In this document: piece by piece, positions 55,055-63,877 of the stretch | How the letters are laid out: the number at the start of each line of letters is the position of its first letter | Numbering within the stretch: position 1 is the stretch's first letter | Assembly: GCA_045576695.1 (NCBI GenBank) | Contig: JAZNGY010000075.1 | Location: forward strand, 46,097 to 110,096 | Source: Akkermansia sp. | GTDB lineage: Bacteria; Verrucomicrobiota; Verrucomicrobiia; Verrucomicrobiales; Akkermansiaceae | Direction of reading: 5' to 3' | Length of the DNA stretch: 64,000 nucleotides | Translations under genes and position numbers: made by a program | The notes under the pieces: generated by a model | Seen by the model: the letters and a program-made list of their open reading frames with translations, nothing else | The model's database searches: none | What the model was told of the DNA's origin: nothing

Positions 55055-56452
55055 ATGGATATCTACATCAATCCCGACAAGTCTCCGGCAGCTGTACAGG
55101 CAAGAACCAGCGGTACGCCTATCTCTTCGCTTCGCCTCAAGCGCGGAGCCAATCTCAACTTTTCCGTGGTTATCATTGGCAGCAAAGCTGCAAGCAATCT
55201 ACGTTTCGGCATCAAGGCCAAGGGCGATTACGAGGGCTCACTCCTCGCGTATGCGGAAGCCACTACCGGGCAAGCTACTGACGAGGGGATGAAGTTCGAC
55301 CTGAGCCTTACTGTGGCAAGCATGGCTCTGAATGAAGCCCTTGATGTTGGCTCTGGTAATGCGGTCGCTGCGGCCTCTCTTTCCGCAGTAGCCGAGTTTG
55401 CTTGGCAAGACGATGGTGCAGAACGAATTTCCGATACCATCAATACCACGCTCCTCAATGATATTATCCGCTTGGCTACGGAAGCCCCCGAGGCTGCGGC
55501 TGGTGAATATCCGGCTCCTGACCTCGTGGCCACCAAGTCTTGGGTGAACAACAAGCAAGCAACGGCTGATGCTTCCGGCTTCGTGAAGCTGGGAACTGAT
55601 GAAAAGCTTTCCGGCAAGAATATTCGCCCTGTAGGCAAGACGGATGCAGGAGGCTTGGCGGTGGATGTCTCCGGGCTCTCCGCTTACGAGATTGCCAAGG
55701 CTCAGGGCTTCGTTGGTACTGAGGAAGCATGGCTTGCTTCCCTAAAGGGTGAGCGCGGTTCTAAAGGGGAAAAGGGCGAGCCCGGCATCCAAGGTGAGAG
55801 CGGAGCATCTGCCTATGATGTATGGCTGACTGAGGGTAACACAGGCGACAAGACTGCCTTCTTTGCTGACTTAGGCACGTCTGCCTTGGCAACGCTGTAT
55901 GAGTCGCCCGCCGGAGTAGCCACCGATAATGCCAACATCTATGGCTTCGGCATGGTGATGAAAAACAGGGGACAAGTACGCGCTCTCTCCACTCAATGCC
56001 GAACTGGCGGTAACGCTGCTCCTGCCAACACGGATATTTTGGCCAAGGTATGGAAAAAGGACAGCAGCGGCAACAAGACTCTCCTTGCTACCAGCACGAA
56101 CTATCAGCAGCATAGTGTAGGCGAGACTCTCCGTTGGAAGTTTGACCCGTTTGAGGTGGAAGCCGGGGATATGCTTCTGGTTACGTTCCATACCAGCGAC
56201 TATGAGGATGGTACTCAGTATGCAGCTGGGCATCAATGTTGCTTCGCAGTCACCAGCACCAGCGAACCAGAAACCGGGTGCATTGGTGGCGATGGCCAAT
56301 GGCAGTATACCAATCTTATTCCACTCTACACTTGGGAACTTCAGGTACGGCATGCTTACGACACAATCTCACACTTAACCCCCGATGAACACACCGGGCT
56401 TGCGCAGCTCCTCGCAAGGAAAGACGCTCTGCTCGCTCTCCTTAACTCTTAA
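55055..56452 (+). CDS. Tail fibre / receptor-binding protein
   Basis: Homolog of 4905-6296; collagen-like segment; different central domain. Confidence 0.7.
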   Translation: MDIYINPDKSPAAVQARTSGTPISSLRLKRGANLNFSVVIIGSKAASNLRFGIKAKGDYEGSLLAYAEATTGQATDEGMKFDLSLTVASMALNEALDVGSGNAVAAASLSAVAEFAWQDDGAERISDTINTTLLNDIIRLATEAPEAAAGEYPAPDLVATKSWVNNKQATADASGFVKLGTDEKLSGKNIRPVGKTDAGGLAVDVSGLSAYEIAKAQGFVGTEEAWLASLKGERGSKGEKGEPGIQGESGASAYDVWLTEGNTGDKTAFFADLGTSALATLYESPAGVATDNANIYGFGMVMKNRGQVRALSTQCRTGGNAAPANTDILAKVWKKDSSGNKTLLATSTNYQQHSVGETLRWKFDPFEVEAGDMLLVTFHTSDYEDGTQYAAGHQCCFAVTSTSEPETGCIGGDGQWQYTNLIPLYTWELQVRHAYDTISHLTPDEHTGLAQLLARKDALLALLNS

Positions 56453-56476
56453 CCCTCTCATTTATCCATTTTTCTT

Positions 56477-56788
56477 ATGACCAATTCAGCAGTAACAGGC
56501 GGTATCGTTATCGCAAATGCTCTGGCCGTGGTTTCCATTGCTACGGCTACAGAGCTTAACCCTATACTTGAGTGCATCCAGAATGGTGCATCAGTCGGCG
56601 CGATCATGGGCATCTTTCTTTGGCGTGAGGTAAAGCGAGCTGAACGCTACGAGCATCTTTACGACCAAGAGCGCAAGCTCAGGCTGGAGGCCGAGAACAA
56701 ATGCAAGAGTTGTCCTTTCGTGCAGCGTGCCAACGAGGAGTTTATCGACAGGCGCATTGATGAAGAAAGACAAGATGCAAAGCATTGA
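56477..56788 (+). CDS. Holin-like membrane protein
   Basis: Homolog of 6314-6625. Confidence 0.5.
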   Translation: MTNSAVTGGIVIANALAVVSIATATELNPILECIQNGASVGAIMGIFLWREVKRAERYEHLYDQERKLRLEAENKCKSCPFVQRANEEFIDRRIDEERQDAKH

Positions 56789-56884
56789 GTATTAAGAAGA
56801 AAAAGAAAAGAAAAATGCAAAAAGTTCTGGACTCTTGTGCCTGATGTGCTATACTGTGATAATAGATAAAAGCACTAAGTAGCA

Positions 56885-57172
56885 ATGAATAACGATAATA
56901 TAGACAAGCTGAAAGCCTACGGCATCGACCCCGCCAAGTATGATGAATACGAGATGGAGGAAATCGCCAACACTCTGAACACCTACGAGGAAAACAAGGC
57001 ATACGCCGACAGCTACCGCAAGGAGCTGGAAGCCGGGGATGAATCCGACAACGGCTACCACGAGTTCTTGCAGGGGATGGCCGACCGCGAAATCATCAGC
57101 CTGTATGAAAATTACGGCATCGTTACCAACATCAAAATCGAGGGCTGGGAACCCACTAAGAACGAGCATTAA
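56885..57172 (+). CDS. Small acidic protein in promoter-led cassette
   Basis: TGGACT-16-TATACT promoter at 56828-56855. Confidence 0.7.
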   Translation: MNNDNIDKLKAYGIDPAKYDEYEMEEIANTLNTYEENKAYADSYRKELEAGDESDNGYHEFLQGMADREIISLYENYGIVTNIKIEGWEPTKNEH

Positions 57173-57184
57173 CCTTTTACAACC

Positions 57185-57598
57185 ATGAGCAGTACATCAA
57201 TCGAAAGAGGAGACATAGTCCGAATCAAGTCGGAATGGCTTGACGCAGGAGAGAACGCAGAGCTGAAGTATGTGGTGTTGCAGGATAACGGCAACAATCG
57301 CGTACTTATCCGAGCCCTCGACACAGGTCTGCCATTACCCCCGGTAAATGAAGCCGATAAAGATTGGCTCGTGTACTGCGGACGAGCTTACCCCAAATAT
57401 GAACCCGAACAAATACCATCAGGCATGAACGTATACATCGAAGCAAGCTTCACCATCCAAAGCACAGGTGAGCATAAAAGGATAGAAGTCAAGATTAACG
57501 AAGACCTCATCCCCTGGGGCGTGGCGAAGTTCCTTGAACGCCGCTACGGCGAAATCACGGGGCTGTGCTTCCACTTCACACGAGAAGCCAACGACTAA
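57185..57598 (+). CDS. Hypothetical protein
   Basis: Second gene of the cassette; followed by agccgcc...ggcggct-T terminator. Confidence 0.7.
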   Translation: MSSTSIERGDIVRIKSEWLDAGENAELKYVVLQDNGNNRVLIRALDTGLPLPPVNEADKDWLVYCGRAYPKYEPEQIPSGMNVYIEASFTIQSTGEHKRIEVKINEDLIPWGVAKFLERRYGEITGLCFHFTREAND

Positions 57599-57655
57599 AG
57601 GCCCAGCCGCCCACAAGGCGGCTTTTTCTTTGCCTTTTGACAAGTGTCCTCAAGT

Positions 57656-58858
57656 ATGGACACTCACTTTCATTCCAATACTTCCGTTCGGTCTTTCTTC
57701 AAATCCATCACGTCCGAGTCAATGGGCTGCGGCCACCCGGACAAAGTTGCAGACGCTATCTCTGACGCTATCCTTGATGCTTGCTTAGCGCAGGATCCAG
57801 AAAGCCGTGTTGGCTGCGAGACTCTGGTAAAGGGCAATCAGGTTATCCTTGCCGGGGAAATTACCACCAAGGCAAAGCTGGACTACGAGCGGATTGTCCG
57901 CGATACAGTTCACCGCATTGGCTACCGCACAGCTCAGGATGACCCAGTATTCAATTCAGAATCCCTCAACGTGACGAACCTAATCTGCGAGCAAAGCCCT
58001 GACATCGCGCTCGGCGTTGATGAAAACAAGGGAGAGGGCAAAGAGCAAGGAGCTGGTGACCAAGGTATGATGTTCGGCTACGCTTGCAATGAAACGCCGG
58101 AGCTGATGCCAGCCCCTATTATGTTCGCCCACCGCATCATGAGAAAACTGGAGGAGGTCAGGAAGAGTAGGGCGGTTGCTTGGCTTCGACCGGATGCCAA
58201 ATGCCAAGTGACAGTTGAATATGGTTACGAAAATGGTTATGCGGGCAAGCCTTGCCATATAAGCGCGGTCGTGCTCAGCACCCAGCATTCCCCAGACGCA
58301 ACAAGGGAAGAGATTGAGAAGCTATGTCTCGAAGTCATCAAATCCAGCCTCCCGGCATCACTTGTATCACCCGCAACTCAATTCCATATCAACCCCACCG
58401 GACGCTTCGTTACAGGTGGCCCACAGGCCGATTGCGGTCTGACAGGCCGTAAGATTATCGCCGACACCTACGGCGGCGTAGGGCGGCATGGCGGGGGCGC
58501 TTTCTCGGGAAAAGACGCCAGCAAGGTTGACCGCAGCGCAGCTTACATGTGCAGATGGGTTGCCAAGCACATCGTGGCTTCTGGGCTGGCCAAGCATTGC
58601 GAGGTTCAGGTGAGCTATGCTATCGGCAAGGCTGAGCCTGTTTCCGTGGAGGTGCTGAGCGATTGCAGCTTCCTGACCTCTGATGAATTGGCAAGGCGAG
58701 TAAAGGAAACATTCTCATTCAAGCCCGCTGATATTATCGAAGCCCTGGGGCTGAAGAATCCGATATTCTCGGCTACTACGAATTACGGCCACTTTGGCAA
58801 AGCCGACCTGCCTTGGGAAAAGCTGGATCAGAAGAAGCTCGATAAGTTGAAATCATAA
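57656..58858 (+). CDS. metK: S-adenosylmethionine synthetase
   Basis: SES...[33 protein letters not shown]. Confidence 0.95.
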   Translation: MDTHFHSNTSVRSFFKSITSESMGCGHPDKVADAISDAILDACLAQDPESRVGCETLVKGNQVILAGEITTKAKLDYERIVRDTVHRIGYRTAQDDPVFNSESLNVTNLICEQSPDIALGVDENKGEGKEQGAGDQGMMFGYACNETPELMPAPIMFAHRIMRKLEEVRKSRAVAWLRPDAKCQVTVEYGYENGYAGKPCHISAVVLSTQHSPDATREEIEKLCLEVIKSSLPASLVSPATQFHINPTGRFVTGGPQADCGLTGRKIIADTYGGVGRHGGGAFSGKDASKVDRSAAYMCRWVAKHIVASGLAKHCEVQVSYAIGKAEPVSVEVLSDCSFLTSDELARRVKETFSFKPADIIEALGLKNPIFSATTNYGHFGKADLPWEKLDQKKLDKLKS

Positions 58859-59056
58859 ACGAAGCGGGGCAGTCCAGTCTCTCTCTCTTAAACAAAGCGT
58901 AAGAAGATGAATGATTCTTCTTACGCTTTGCCTTATGCCTGATAGCAAGGGGAGGGCAGAAAAATGAAACATTGACTACGCCGAGTTCTGCGCGTACTTG
59001 GCCGAGCGCGAGGCCATGGACGAGGAGGAGCTGGACGAAGAGGGCTACTTCATGGA

Positions 59057-59449
59057 CTAAGCCCAAAGCTCGTCCTCATCCTCATCGTTTGGGAAAAGCT
59101 CGTCTAATCGCTGTCGGATTGAATCGACTTGCTGAGGATGATTCCTCTGTAGCTCGTCAGCGATATCATACGCAATCTGGGCAAGCATAAACACCTTGTC
59201 ATCGAAGCGGTCGGCATCCTCGTTGGTGATTCTTTCGAGTAGCTCCAGCTCAAACCTTACGACATCGGCTGTCACGAGAAGTTGGCATAATGATTCCAGT
59301 TCCGATATAGCCACTTTGCCCTTATACTGCCCTGCAAGCTCAGTCTTGAACCAGATGCCATCTCTAGCCATAACTCGGTCAATAAGGGCATCCATCATGC
59401 GCTCTGTCTCGTTAAATGACTTCATCAACACGTTTACGTCCGTATTCAT
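59057..59449 (-). CDS. Acidic hypothetical protein
   Basis: Start taken at MNTDVNVLM. Confidence 0.6.
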   Translation of the reverse strand: MNTDVNVLMKSFNETERMMDALIDRVMARDGIWFKTELAGQYKGKVAISELESLCQLLVTADVVRFELELLERITNEDADRFDDKVFMLAQIAYDIADELQRNHPQQVDSIRQRLDELFPNDEDEDELWA

Positions 59450-59616
59450 GGAGCCTATTTTATCAGGCAGCGCAGCATGAGTAAAAAGAAAATGACCTTC
59501 CGCAGGCACTTTTCACAAATTAGTATACAAGATTGCCCCGGAGCTACGTACAACGCTATCGTTCACTTGCAGAGTTTGTAGCTTCGGGGTGTGTTGCTTG
59601 AATACACTATGTCAAC

Positions 59617-60366
59617 TTATAGGGTAATTCGTTTTACCCCAGTCCTCTTTTCTATCATCTGTATGTATTCTTCTTCCTTGTCACAGACAATACACTTTCT
59701 GTTGTTTTTAAGAGCACATGCTGCTGTTGTTCCTGAGCCAGCCATTGGATCAAAAACAGTCTCCCCCTCACACGTTGCCATCAGTATCAACTTGTTGTAT
59801 ACCGCTTCAGGTTTTTGAGAAGGGTGACCGGTTCTTTCTTTTTTTCCAACGAAGCCAACAATGAGAGGCTCTTCTATAACGCTAGACGGCCCAGGAATGA
59901 AACGCATCTTACCTGTCTCTAATCTTTCTTTTTGTTCGGGCGTCAGAAAATGTTCAGGGTGCATGTGATAACCCTGCCTCGTGTACTGAATACATGCGTT
60001 CTGGCTAGATCTCCAGCCTCGTATTACTGATGGACAATTTTTATAATACCAAGTGAGCCACGCGCTCACTGAAAATCCCTTGGGCGCATTTCTTACATAA
60101 GGTCCGATAATCTCAGGGAATCCCCATAAATAAACGACATGCGACATCTTGCCAGCATTTTCCAAAAGATTGATTATGAAATTATCATATTCAACCAAAG
60201 GTAATTCTCCGCCAAAACCTTTATTGTACCACGGGTCAAGCATCACGCAAGAAGCATTGACATGGTTCGAAAGCAGAAGATTGAAGGACTCGAAAACATC
60301 CATCGGCGGAAGAATAGCTACTCCATATTCTTCCAACGCCTTATTGATTTTATCTTTAATAGACAT
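59617..60366 (-). CDS. Amino (N6A/N4C) DNA methyltransferase, beta class
   Basis: Motif IV variant DPWY, HPSQKP, motif I FDPMAGSGTT. Confidence 0.85.
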   Translation of the reverse strand: MSIKDKINKALEEYGVAILPPMDVFESFNLLLSNHVNASCVMLDPWYNKGFGGELPLVEYDNFIINLLENAGKMSHVVYLWGFPEIIGPYVRNAPKGFSVSAWLTWYYKNCPSVIRGWRSSQNACIQYTRQGYHMHPEHFLTPEQKERLETGKMRFIPGPSSVIEEPLIVGFVGKKERTGHPSQKPEAVYNKLILMATCEGETVFDPMAGSGTTAACALKNNRKCIVCDKEEEYIQMIEKRTGVKRITL

Positions 60367-60367
60367 A

Positions 60368-61885
60368 TTAAAAATTCTTTACAAAGCCTTTTTCGATTAA
60401 CCACTGAATATCATCAACAGCATCTTGGGGAGTTACCCATAACGTATTGGCTTGTTCTATAGAAAGCGCCTTCTTAGTAATGGCACTCATCATAGAGCCA
60501 TAATATTGAGAATACCCCGGAATCAGTAGTACACCTCGATTGCGATTACTACTATGTTGTAGCTCGCCGATGTTAGCAATCATATCCAACATACAATACC
60601 GCCGAATGAGAACCTTGCGCTCTTCCTGAACTGTGAGGACATCTCCAATACAAGCAAGTTTGCCGTCCCTGACAAAAGCTTCTATTGTTGAGTTCACTGT
60701 CTCCTCGCTATAGTTTTCGTTCGTTAATAAACACCTGACGGATTCCTTTTTACCGTCCGTACTTACTATGGCATGCTCAACTTCCAGAAGAGTGAGGAAC
60801 TGTATAGATTGCAACTCTCTCCTTAATTTGATGGGAGCAGTTTTGATTTGAAAGAAGTTCTTTGTAGTTGACTTTAACAGCATCTTTTTCAAATCACCAT
60901 TCAACGATGCGTAGTATCCAGCTCCATCTAAATATTCGACAAAGACTGCATTGGGAAACTTCTGTAGCGTAACATTGCGAGAGCTATCTGTTTGGTCAAC
61001 TACTTTATGAGATACACTACCGGAGTCTCCTGCATAAAACTGGCATTGAACGAATATCCTAGAACCCTCAAAGTCAGTATTGAATGGCAATATGAAATCA
61101 TACTTCCTTTTCTTTTTCCCTGTATCATGAGGAATCGAATCTAGCAATTCTTCAAAATCGACATCATTGGCGTTGTAGTCAATCTCTGCAACCATTCCCC
61201 AGTCGTTCATATACTCTCGTAATATAGCTTCTGGTATATGTCCCTGCGTCGCTGTTATTGACCCGCGCGAATGGAATATTGCAAAAGTGCAGAGTAAGGC
61301 AGACGCTCGTCCTTCATTTTTCGCAGTAAGATAAGCCAACCCTATGCTATATAATTGGAGAGAATATTGTGCGTCAGATACAACAAGTTCTAAATATGCT
61401 TTAAGGAGATTTCTCTGCGTTGTTTGATTTCCCTTCAACAATGCAATGTATTTAGTCGCTTTTGATAGCTCAAAAGTGCGAGGTAACTTAACCAGTCTGA
61501 CATTACCATTCTTTACTATCTGGATTGAGTCTAGATCATACTCAGAAACAAGTTTCTTGTGAAATTGACATTTGAGATTGTTGTCGGTTTTACCCGTGGT
61601 AAGTAACAATGCCTCGAAAACTACATTCAAAAAAGCCTCTGTTTCATCTACAGTCAACGACTCAATATGTTTAATGGCAGCGGAAGTTAAACACTCTGCA
61701 GAACAAGAATTTGAAGATGCAAAATTATCGGTCAAAGAAGCTAAAGCATCAAGTCCGGAGACAAGCCGATTCATAACATTGGTAAACTCATCGGTTTCGC
61801 GGATATCTCCTAAAGACGGGGTTACCCAGAGGTCGAACTCTGCCATTTTTTCGTCTATTGTCGCTGAATATTGCTTCAATTTCAT
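60368..61885 (-). CDS. Putative type II restriction endonuclease (DpnII/MboI-like catalytic core)
   Basis: RKYDFIL...VQCQFYAGDSGS...FVEYLDGAGY resembles DpnII KRFDF...EVNFYSGSGS...WITDGQGW; directly upstream of the MTase. Confidence 0.6.
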   Translation of the reverse strand: MKLKQYSATIDEKMAEFDLWVTPSLGDIRETDEFTNVMNRLVSGLDALASLTDNFASSNSCSAECLTSAAIKHIESLTVDETEAFLNVVFEALLLTTGKTDNNLKCQFHKKLVSEYDLDSIQIVKNGNVRLVKLPRTFELSKATKYIALLKGNQTTQRNLLKAYLELVVSDAQYSLQLYSIGLAYLTAKNEGRASALLCTFAIFHSRGSITATQGHIPEAILREYMNDWGMVAEIDYNANDVDFEELLDSIPHDTGKKKRKYDFILPFNTDFEGSRIFVQCQFYAGDSGSVSHKVVDQTDSSRNVTLQKFPNAVFVEYLDGAGYYASLNGDLKKMLLKSTTKNFFQIKTAPIKLRRELQSIQFLTLLEVEHAIVSTDGKKESVRCLLTNENYSEETVNSTIEAFVRDGKLACIGDVLTVQEERKVLIRRYCMLDMIANIGELQHSSNRNRGVLLIPGYSQYYGSMMSAITKKALSIEQANTLWVTPQDAVDDIQWLIEKGFVKNF

Positions 61886-61943
61886 TATACCGTTTATTCT
61901 ACCCAAAATTATTCTGAAGGTCAATCTATAATACCATGATGAC

Positions 61944-62378
61944 TTACTTTGTGGCGGACTGCCGGACATCCACAACGTCCTCAACCTTAATCCTCGTACC
62001 ATCCTCCATGATAATCAAGCTCTCATGCGGTACGAGCTTCTTTATACGCCCATAGACCTCGGCAAAGCTTCCCCCGGTCTTACGGGCGTCAGGGACGAAG
62101 TAAACGATATTTAAGGCTATACTAGGAGCAGCGGCTGCAGCTTGTAATCGGTCGGATATTTCCAGCTTCACAGACTCATCGAGGATAGGTCTTTCGTCTG
62201 TGAGTCGGGCAGCTTCGGCAATAGCTGCATCGTGGCCAGTCAGCGCAGCAAAGGGTGAGAACTGTGCAGCCCGGTCGGCCATGCTCATTGGCGCATGCTG
62301 CCTAGAAACGTGATGCGGCAGGTTGATGATATCCGCGTAAATATCTTCGGCTTCCTTGTTCATTCGTTCTCTGCTCAT
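61944..62378 (-). CDS. YolD-like protein
   Basis: YADIINLPHHVSRQHAPMSMADRAAQFSPFAALTG; coupled to the Y-family polymerase. Confidence 0.8.
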   Translation of the reverse strand: MSRERMNKEAEDIYADIINLPHHVSRQHAPMSMADRAAQFSPFAALTGHDAAIAEAARLTDERPILDESVKLEISDRLQAAAAAPSIALNIVYFVPDARKTGGSFAEVYGRIKKLVPHESLIIMEDGTRIKVEDVVDVRQSATK

Positions 62379-63877
62379 GCCTTGTGACCTCCTATCTGCG
62401 AATTGCGGTCGCGGGTGGTTGCGCCCTCTTCCAAGTTCATCCCCCTAAGAATTGCATTCTTGCCGAACTTCCCTCTGATGCTGAGCAATGCCTGTTGCAT
62501 TTTGCGCTCCTTGGCCAGCTGAGTCTCTTCCTCTTGTTTCCTTACTTCCTCAGCCTCATAGTCAGTAAAGAGGTCGAGTTGTTGAACAGATTGCTCTTGC
62601 CTGGGGGCTTTGTCCTCCGGCACAACGTGATTAGCAACGATGTTCAGTCTACGCACCAGCAGATTCATATCCACCAGCCTGTCTGCCAGTTCATTCACGG
62701 CTTGCAGGATAAGCTTGGTTGAGGACGTGTAGCGGCCAAGATTGTGAGTGCCATGCGAATGAGCCGGAACCTCGCGACCATACGCATCGGTATGGATGGC
62801 GCCCCGGTAATTTCTACGCCGCTCAGGATTCGTAAGGTTCTCGATGTCGTAGCCTACAGTAATGACGATTTGGTCGGTCATGAGGCCTTTCTCTACCAGA
62901 TCCAGCACGAGGAGGTCGGCCATTTCACGCAGCACCAGCTTGGCTTTCTCTGGCGAGTATGGCTCATGCAGCACTTGCCCTGAGCCTAGGCTCTTGCTCT
63001 CCGGGTGGTAAGCTTTGATGGCTTCTACAGTACAGGGCTCCCAGCCCCAGGCATGGTCGATAAGCAACTCCGCATTCTTGCCGAACATGCGGTACAGGGA
63101 TTCTTCATTCTGCACAGACCGCCGGGCAATATCGCCCATAGTGTAGAGCCCGTGTTGTTCCAGCTTGCGGACGTAGCCCTTGCCTACGCGCCAGAAGTCT
63201 GTGAGTGGTCGGTGAGTCCACAGCTGGCGGCGGTAGCTCATCTCGTCCAGCTCTGCGATTCTCACGCCATCAGCATCAGCCGGAATGTGCTTGGCTACAA
63301 TATCCATAGCCACCTTGGCCAGATACAAGTTGGTGCCGATGCCAGCGGTCGCAGTAATGCCGGTGGTAGCCAATACGTCTCTTATGATTCTGCGAGCGAG
63401 TTCATGAGCCGAGCATTGGTAAGTCGCAAGGTAAGGAGTCGCATCAATGAACACCTCGTCAATCGAGTAGACCACGATATGCTCAGCCGAGACATACTTC
63501 GTGTACACGTTGTAGATGCGGGTGCTGTACTCCATGTAGTGAGCCATGCGTGGTGGCGCAATCAGGAAATCAAGGGCGAGCTTATGATTCTGCTGCAGCT
63601 CGGAATGGAAATGTGATGCGCCGTTGAGGCCGCGAGCCTTGTACTGCCGTTCCCTATTTACTTCATCCACCTTCTGCCTGACCTCAAATAATCGCGGTCT
63701 GCCGGGAATGCCGTAGGACTTGAGAGCCGGAGTAACGGCCAAGCAAATTGTCTTGTCGGTACGGGATTCATCTGCCACCACCAGATTCGTGTCGAGCGGG
63801 TCGAGCCCTCGCTCAATGCATTCAACTGATGCATAGAACGATTTGAGGTCGATGGCTATGTACGATTTACCCGGCAT
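62375..63877 (-). CDS. Y-family (UmuC/ImpB-like) error-prone DNA polymerase
   Basis: YIAIDLKSFYASVE, YSIDEVFID, TAGIGTNLYLAKVA, DFWRVG. Confidence 0.93.
   Translation of the reverse strand: MPGKSYIAIDLKSFYASVECIERGLDPLDTNLVVADESRTDKTICLAVTPALKSYGIPGRPRLFEVRQKVDEVNRERQYKARGLNGASHFHSELQQNHKLALDFLIAPPRMAHYMEYSTRIYNVYTKYVSAEHIVVYSIDEVFIDATPYLATYQCSAHELARRIIRDVLATTGITATAGIGTNLYLAKVAMDIVAKHIPADADGVRIAELDEMSYRRQLWTHRPLTDFWRVGKGYVRKLEQHGLYTMGDIARRSVQNEESLYRMFGKNAELLIDHAWGWEPCTVEAIKAYHPESKSLGSGQVLHEPYSPEKAKLVLREMADLLVLDLVEKGLMTDQIVITVGYDIENLTNPERRRNYRGAIHTDAYGREVPAHSHGTHNLGRYTSSTKLILQAVNELADRLVDMNLLVRRLNIVANHVVPEDKAPRQEQSVQQLDLFTDYEAEEVRKQEEETQLAKERKMQQALLSIRGKFGKNAILRGMNLEEGATTRDRNSQIGGHKA

Larger units (their letters stand above)
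12750..58860 (+). mobile_element. Prophage 2 (lambda-like head/tail order, serine recombinase, PolA replication); boundaries approximate
   Basis: Full set of integration, replication, packaging, head, tail and lysis genes downstream of tRNA-Ile2; no att duplication found inside the window. Confidence 0.9.

Noticed and set aside
57598-57656. SAM riboswitch upstream of metK
   Set aside because: Only ~58 bp are available, filled by a terminator and the TTTTGACA element.
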